Of a stretch of DNA of 64,000 bases, positions 59,615 to 64,000 are shown piece after piece (positions within the stretch are counted from its first letter, which is position 1; every line of letters begins with the position of its first letter). The stretch covers positions 1,728,001-1,792,000 of the forward strand of contig CAXXGO010000006.1 in NCBI GenBank assembly GCA_963666835.2, given 5' to 3'. Under the pieces are notes generated by a model. The model was not told the DNA's origin, searched no databases, and saw only the letters and a list, made by a program, of their open reading frames with translations. Both the position numbers and the translations under genes were made by a program. Origin of the DNA: Phycisphaerae bacterium (lineage in GTDB: Bacteria; Planctomycetota; Phycisphaerae; UBA1845).

Positions 59615-60718
59615 ATGGGGCGTAAACGTCGAGCTTGGCTGATGAACGGAACGGGCAAGCGGGTCATCCGCGGCAGGACCATGCCCGGGTACTGTGTGGA
59701 ATGGCGGGAGTCCGGTCGGCATCGGACCAAGGTGTTTACTCTCAAGAAGATGGCCACACAGTTCATGCGGGCACTGACTGAGCGATTCGAACGAGAGTCA
59801 GCCGACGGTCTGTTGCCCGTGACGATGCGAGACGCTAGCCGGGAGTATCTGCTGTCAATCGAGACGCTCAGCGACTCCGTCAAGGGCGAGTACGCGACCA
59901 TGCTCGGACTGCTTGCTGCTCAGGTTGGTCAGGATAGACCAGTCGCCAGGGTGACGACGGCTGACATCGAAGAGTACCTGCGAGCGCGATCGACGTGGAA
60001 CCGGAAAGGGGAGACCCGCAAGACCAGTGAGTCGACGTTGGCAAAGCACTACAGCTACCTCCGCCGGTTCTTTCACTGGGCGGCGAAGCGGGGTTACTGC
60101 ACCGGAACACCCACCGAAGGCGTTACGGTAAAGCCGGTTGCCGGCGCGAAGGAACTGGCGGCGTTGCCGACCGACGAGGACATCGCCCGGCTCATCGACG
60201 CCATAGACGACACGCGGATGAAGGTCGCCGCAATGATCGGGTTGACGACGGGACTTGATCGGGGAGTTGTTGCCAGCCTCAAGGCTCAGCACTTCAACCT
60301 CGGCGAACGGACGATTACAGCGCAACGACGGAAGACCCGGCGGAGCAACCCAGGCAATCTGGTTGTGCCGATCCATGGCGCGTTGATTACTCCTCTCCGC
60401 CAGCTATTCGATCGAACTTTGCCAGCAAGGCCGCTGTTTCCGGGCTACATGTTTCGGGCGTGGTATCGCAATGCTCGCCAAGCTGCTGGAGCCCCCTGGA
60501 CTGAGTTGACGGTAGCTGATTTCCGGAAGATCGCGTCCGGGCGGTCGCAGCGGGTGATGCCGTTGACGTCGGTCCAGCGGATGTTGGGGCACAGCTCTGC
60601 ACTGACGACATCCCGTCACTACTCACCGGTAGACCCCGCAGCTCAGCAAGCGTTCGACAGACTGACTCTACCGATACTTGAAGATACTCCGCCAGAGACT
60701 CAACCGAAATCCGCATAG
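59615..60718 (+). CDS. Tyrosine recombinase/integrase with atypical catalytic motifs
   Basis: SAM-like LRRFFHWA; TTGLDR, RRKT, VPIH, ADFRK and VQRMLGHSS.LTTSRHY. Confidence 0.9.
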   Translation: MGRKRRAWLMNGTGKRVIRGRTMPGYCVEWRESGRHRTKVFTLKKMATQFMRALTERFERESADGLLPVTMRDASREYLLSIETLSDSVKGEYATMLGLLAAQVGQDRPVARVTTADIEEYLRARSTWNRKGETRKTSESTLAKHYSYLRRFFHWAAKRGYCTGTPTEGVTVKPVAGAKELAALPTDEDIARLIDAIDDTRMKVAAMIGLTTGLDRGVVASLKAQHFNLGERTITAQRRKTRRSNPGNLVVPIHGALITPLRQLFDRTLPARPLFPGYMFRAWYRNARQAAGAPWTELTVADFRKIASGRSQRVMPLTSVQRMLGHSSALTTSRHYSPVDPAAQQAFDRLTLPILEDTPPETQPKSA

Positions 60719-60848
60719 GCCGTTTGGTTCGGCCTTTGAGTTTGCCGGCTCGCATCATTCGCCGGATTGCCGGCTGGGAGAGCCCGGCTACGGCCCCGGC
60801 TTCCTCCGCGGAGATCACGGATTCGTAGACAAGGTGGCGTTTCCTCAT
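60387..60848 (-). CDS. HTH_17/excisionase-like protein; C-terminal part antisense to integrase
   Basis: ISAEEAGAVAGLSQPAIRRMMRAGKL...RISVESLAEYL. ATGA overlap with the upstream gene. Confidence 0.6.
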   Translation of the reverse strand: MRKRHLVYESVISAEEAGAVAGLSQPAIRRMMRAGKLKGRTKRPMRISVESLAEYLQVSVESVCRTLAELRGLPVSSDGMSSVQSCAPTSAGPTSTASPAATARTRSSGNQLPSTQSRGLQQLGEHCDTTPETCSPETAALLAKFDRIAGGEE

Positions 60849-61348
60849 GGGCCCACCCCCTCGAGTTCATCGGCCTCCCGGAAGAGCCTGTCGGCCTCGG
60901 CGGGGTCTGTGTCCATGAGTTGCACTGCTCGTTGCCGGAGTGTCCGGGATTCGCTCGGTGGGCGAAGGGGGACGAGTCGGAGGCTCTGGGCCTCGATCTC
61001 GGCCAGGACGGCTACCAATGCCGCGACCTCGGCCCGGGGGCGTGACGCCTCATCGTCCGCCTCGCGATTGGCCACGTACTTCTGCCACATCTGCCGGAGC
61101 CCAAGCGCCATCTTCGGGTGGCCGAGCGAGTGGATTCGCTCGAGCAGCGTATCCAGCACTTCCCGGGGATTCTCGAGGATTGCACGCATCTCGCCCTCGG
61201 AGGCCTTGGTCCGGGCTCGAAGGGTGGACGTCAACGATCCCTTCGGTCGACATCGGAGCCGTCCGTCGCGGATGAACAGCTCGATGCCGTTCGCGGCTAG
61301 ATCAACGAGCAACGACATCGCCGGAGTTGTGATCCCGTCGACCACCAT
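60845..61348 (-). CDS. Hypothetical protein with TubC-N-docking-like N-terminus
   Basis: LLVDLAANGIELFIRDGRLR..P motif; translationally coupled to the primase gene (TAATG). Confidence 0.7.
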   Translation of the reverse strand: MVVDGITTPAMSLLVDLAANGIELFIRDGRLRCRPKGSLTSTLRARTKASEGEMRAILENPREVLDTLLERIHSLGHPKMALGLRQMWQKYVANREADDEASRPRAEVAALVAVLAEIEAQSLRLVPLRPPSESRTLRQRAVQLMDTDPAEADRLFREADELEGVGP

Positions 61349-63795
61349 TAGACCTCCTCCGAATCGTCGTCGTCATCAACCTCAGCCTTCGGCTCCGTGG
61401 GATCCCGGTCTTTGGTGAGCTCTCTATCCTCGGTGACAGCAGTGACAGGTGACACTACCTTGTTCTTGGGATCGTCAGCAGGGGTAGTGTCATCGCTTTC
61501 GCCCGTTTGCGACGTAGTGTCACCATTCCCACTCTCGGTCGCGTTGTCCAAGAGGGAATACCGGACCTGCGATCCTCCCCCCCGGGGTCCGGACTTGATG
61601 TCCTTGACCTTGGCCACCCCCGTGTCGACCAGTTCCTCCAGGGCCGCCTTTGCGGCTGCCGAGTTCTTGTAGACGCGTTTCAACCTGCCGCGTATGACCA
61701 TCCTGGTCGTGACTGATCCACCCTCGCCCCGGATGAACTCGATCAGCGCAGCTTTCTGCTTTGAGACGTCAACTTCATCGTACCTGTCGGGGACGACCCT
61801 CAACGCTTCGAGAATCCGCTCATGCTCGTAGGCAAACCAGTCGACCAGGTCGGTCGCATTTCGCATGCTCTCAACGTCGATGGAGTTACTGCCAACAGGA
61901 ATCTCCTTCGACGCCTTGCGGACTGCCCAGAAGATCAGTGCGAGACGAAGTGCTATTTCCTCCAGTTTCACAAGGCCTGCTTCGGTGACTTCGTCGAGTG
62001 CAGCATCCTGCCGGACAGCGTGGCGGTCGAAGAATCGCCACCACGCAGATTCAGCCTCTTTAGAGAAGGGTATCTCTCTCGGCCATGCTCGCCCTCGCTT
62101 GTTTCGCCGGAGTTCGAGATCCAGCAGTGCGCGGACCGCCTTCTCGTAGCATTCCCGTACGCCAGAATCTACGTCTGTTGGCCGCTGCCGTTTGCCCGAC
62201 GGGGGCATAACGAAGAGCCAGCGAGACAAGAACCCACTCTCGAGTAGCTCGGGGGTCATCAATCGGCGGAGTGTTCGTGGCTGCACAGTCCCCAGAACCG
62301 ACACCGCGGCTCCGGACACGCGAATCCGTGGCTTGCTCACCCGATCAACGGACAGGACTCTACCATGCCAGAGTTCGATCCAGTTCTGAGCATCGCCCCC
62401 CTTGCCGTTGCGGTACTTGTTGAGGTCATGGAAGAACCCGGAGACTTCGTCACGCAGAACCACGACACCGCGAGGTTGTTTCTGCAGAATCTGCGCAACC
62501 ACTTCGACGGTCACATCCGAGATTACGTGTCGACTTTCGATTGGCTCCGGCGGCTCCTTGGGCCGGTCGCCCTTCCTACCGCCGCGTTCCCATTCCTCAA
62601 CCGCAGCCTTCCATCGGGCCATGTCCTCGGCGTGCTTCCGCTTTGCCCGCCTGTGTTCCTCTTGTGCTTCGTCCTCGACATCCTGCAGTATCTGTGTCGC
62701 CAACCTAAAAGCCGGGCTCTTTCGGCATCCACTTCGTGCGATGGCGGCCCCCCAGAGGATTGGCGGAGCTTTCCACTCGTTCGTGCATCGCAGTTGCGCC
62801 GTCATCCCCAGTGCGGTGCCGCACGTGACCAGGGCGGGGACCGCGACGAGGGCCGGGTCTATTCCGATTGCCCTGCCGCCCTCTACGGCCAAATCGCGAA
62901 TCACTGTCGGAAGCAACTCGACCGGGAACGGCTTCCATGCCATCGCCCCTGGCGAGTCTTCGTCCTCGACCTCGGTGTCGTTCACCATCTTCAGCAGCTC
63001 AGCTCGGGTTTCATCATCAGAACGGCCGGACTTGCGGCGGGCCTCGACGAACTGCACGGAATCCCCTTTCGCCGGAAGGTCGGGCAGGGCAATCGTCTTG
63101 ATTACGGGGCGAGGTTCCAGCTTGTTCAGCAGCCGGAAGACATCATCGCGATACCGCTCACCATCCCGGTCATTGTCGGGCAGAATCACGACCCGCTTGT
63201 CGCCAAGTGGGGACCAGTCCGTCTTGCTGGCCGCTCGGCTTCCACCCGAGCTTGTCGTCGCGACGAGGCCCAACTTGCGCAGGGCGTCGGCGGCCGGTTC
63301 ACCCTCGGTTACGAACACGAGATCCGCGTTGCGCAAGTCCGGCAGGCAGTACAGCGGTCTCGGTCCAGGCATGGCCTTGATCTGCCACCCGGAGCCAATC
63401 CGGGCGATGGGGCGGATGTCCTTTCCCCCGTTTCTCAGATCCCAGCGAATCACCATTCCAACGGGCTCGCCGTCTGCATCGCGATACGTCCATTTCGCCG
63501 ATGCCTTCCCGAGAGTCCGTTCCATCGCTCCCACCGCGGCATCGGAACTGTCGAATTGCGTTTGCGCGGGCTTTTCTCCCTCGGTCCGTTTGTTTGCGGT
63601 AGCCCGCGGCTGGTCGTTTCGCAAGAAAGTAGTGCCCCCGTCGTCAGGATTGGTCTTGTGACGTCGATATCCCGGCGGCGGCTCGTCTGATCGCATGCAC
63701 CGGATCGCGCTCCCGTCGACCGTTCGCCCGCACCAATCGGGCTTGCCGCACACTATGCACGGAGCAGCGCGGGTGACTTCTTGCCAGTCGCTCAT
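61348..63795 (-). CDS. Zn-binding TOPRIM primase-like protein fused to DUF3987 (YfjI-like)
   Basis: CIVCGKPDWC; VTEGEPAAD and ILPDND.DG (TOPRIM); PFPVELLP, SGCRKSP, RDEVSGFF, GTVQP and GFLSRWL. Confidence 0.88.
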   Translation of the reverse strand: MSDWQEVTRAAPCIVCGKPDWCGRTVDGSAIRCMRSDEPPPGYRRHKTNPDDGGTTFLRNDQPRATANKRTEGEKPAQTQFDSSDAAVGAMERTLGKASAKWTYRDADGEPVGMVIRWDLRNGGKDIRPIARIGSGWQIKAMPGPRPLYCLPDLRNADLVFVTEGEPAADALRKLGLVATTSSGGSRAASKTDWSPLGDKRVVILPDNDRDGERYRDDVFRLLNKLEPRPVIKTIALPDLPAKGDSVQFVEARRKSGRSDDETRAELLKMVNDTEVEDEDSPGAMAWKPFPVELLPTVIRDLAVEGGRAIGIDPALVAVPALVTCGTALGMTAQLRCTNEWKAPPILWGAAIARSGCRKSPAFRLATQILQDVEDEAQEEHRRAKRKHAEDMARWKAAVEEWERGGRKGDRPKEPPEPIESRHVISDVTVEVVAQILQKQPRGVVVLRDEVSGFFHDLNKYRNGKGGDAQNWIELWHGRVLSVDRVSKPRIRVSGAAVSVLGTVQPRTLRRLMTPELLESGFLSRWLFVMPPSGKRQRPTDVDSGVRECYEKAVRALLDLELRRNKRGRAWPREIPFSKEAESAWWRFFDRHAVRQDAALDEVTEAGLVKLEEIALRLALIFWAVRKASKEIPVGSNSIDVESMRNATDLVDWFAYEHERILEALRVVPDRYDEVDVSKQKAALIEFIRGEGGSVTTRMVIRGRLKRVYKNSAAAKAALEELVDTGVAKVKDIKSGPRGGGSQVRYSLLDNATESGNGDTTSQTGESDDTTPADDPKNKVVSPVTAVTEDRELTKDRDPTEPKAEVDDDDDSEEV

Positions 63796-63998
63796 CAATC
63801 GTTCTCCCTGTCGCGGCATGTTGGTGGGTGACTGATGTTCCAGTGGCTGAGGTACTTCTCCATGCTCCGCCGCTCGAGTCGTTCGATGAGCTGCGCTTGT
63901 TTGAATTCGCCGGGACTGATGTGGCGAGTGATGCACTCCTCTGCCAGCTCTCGGAGCTTCCTTGGCGGGATCGCGTCAACGTCGACCGATCCGCCCTC
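63795..63998 (-). CDS. C-terminal end of a phage-type protein (5' part outside window)
   Basis: Open frame EGGSVDVDAIPPRKLRELAEECITRHI... ends in TGA overlapping the primase ATG. It resembles the ends of Topo VI-A-like TOPRIM phage proteins. Not in the ORF track because it lacks a start. Confidence 0.6.
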   Translation of the reverse strand, partial: EGGSVDVDAIPPRKLRELAEECITRHISPGEFKQAQLIERLERRSMEKYLSHWNISHPPTCRDREND

Positions 63999-64000
63999 AA

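Larger units (their letters stand above)
59501..64000. mobile_element. Integrative element (prophage/satellite-like) at tRNA-Arg, continuing beyond the window
   Basis: Integrase directly after the tRNA, with convergent HTH, small and primase-DUF3987 genes. Confidence 0.8.

Noticed and set aside
62365..63690. Long plus-strand ORFs of 441 and 419 aa
   Set aside because: Antisense shadows of the primase gene in GC-rich DNA with no motifs. The same applies to 11150-12256, 12362-13456, 23198-24244, 42608-43747 and 54232-55368.

Overview
GC-rich bacterial chromosome window. Gene content (TIGR02999-type ECF sigma plus Ser/Thr kinase pair, CxxC...CPECG zinc-ribbon proteins, dense palindromic repeats) suggests Planctomycetota, probably Phycisphaerae; this is an inference. 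It opens with the 3' part of an IS110-family (IS1111-type) element. In its downstream RNA I can read guide segments matching the flanking target (a GTAG-type REP hairpin) and the element's own right end. A damaged RNA-repair locus follows: rtcA, a UPF0489-like gene and back-to-back rtcB/rtcR C-terminal stubs. The middle is mostly housekeeping and signalling genes (hutI, two PFKs, pckA, lysC, nadA, hpt, megL-like, two-component systems, NosP-like FIST plus hybrid kinase), interspersed with about 20 copies of one GTAG-REP family and larger composite repeats. The window ends in an integrative element at tRNA-Arg(CCT) carrying an atypical tyrosine integrase and a primase-DUF3987 gene. The best candidate for something undescribed is a ~430-nt, two-domain, pseudoknotted non-coding RNA at 28447-28885 (minus strand, with its own promoter-like and terminator-like signals) that I cannot assign to a known family. 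Other notable items are a poly-G-frameshifted secreted HEXXH protein followed by duplicated paralogues, and a GH13 protein that has lost its catalytic residues. All family assignments are by eye from motifs; no searches were run.
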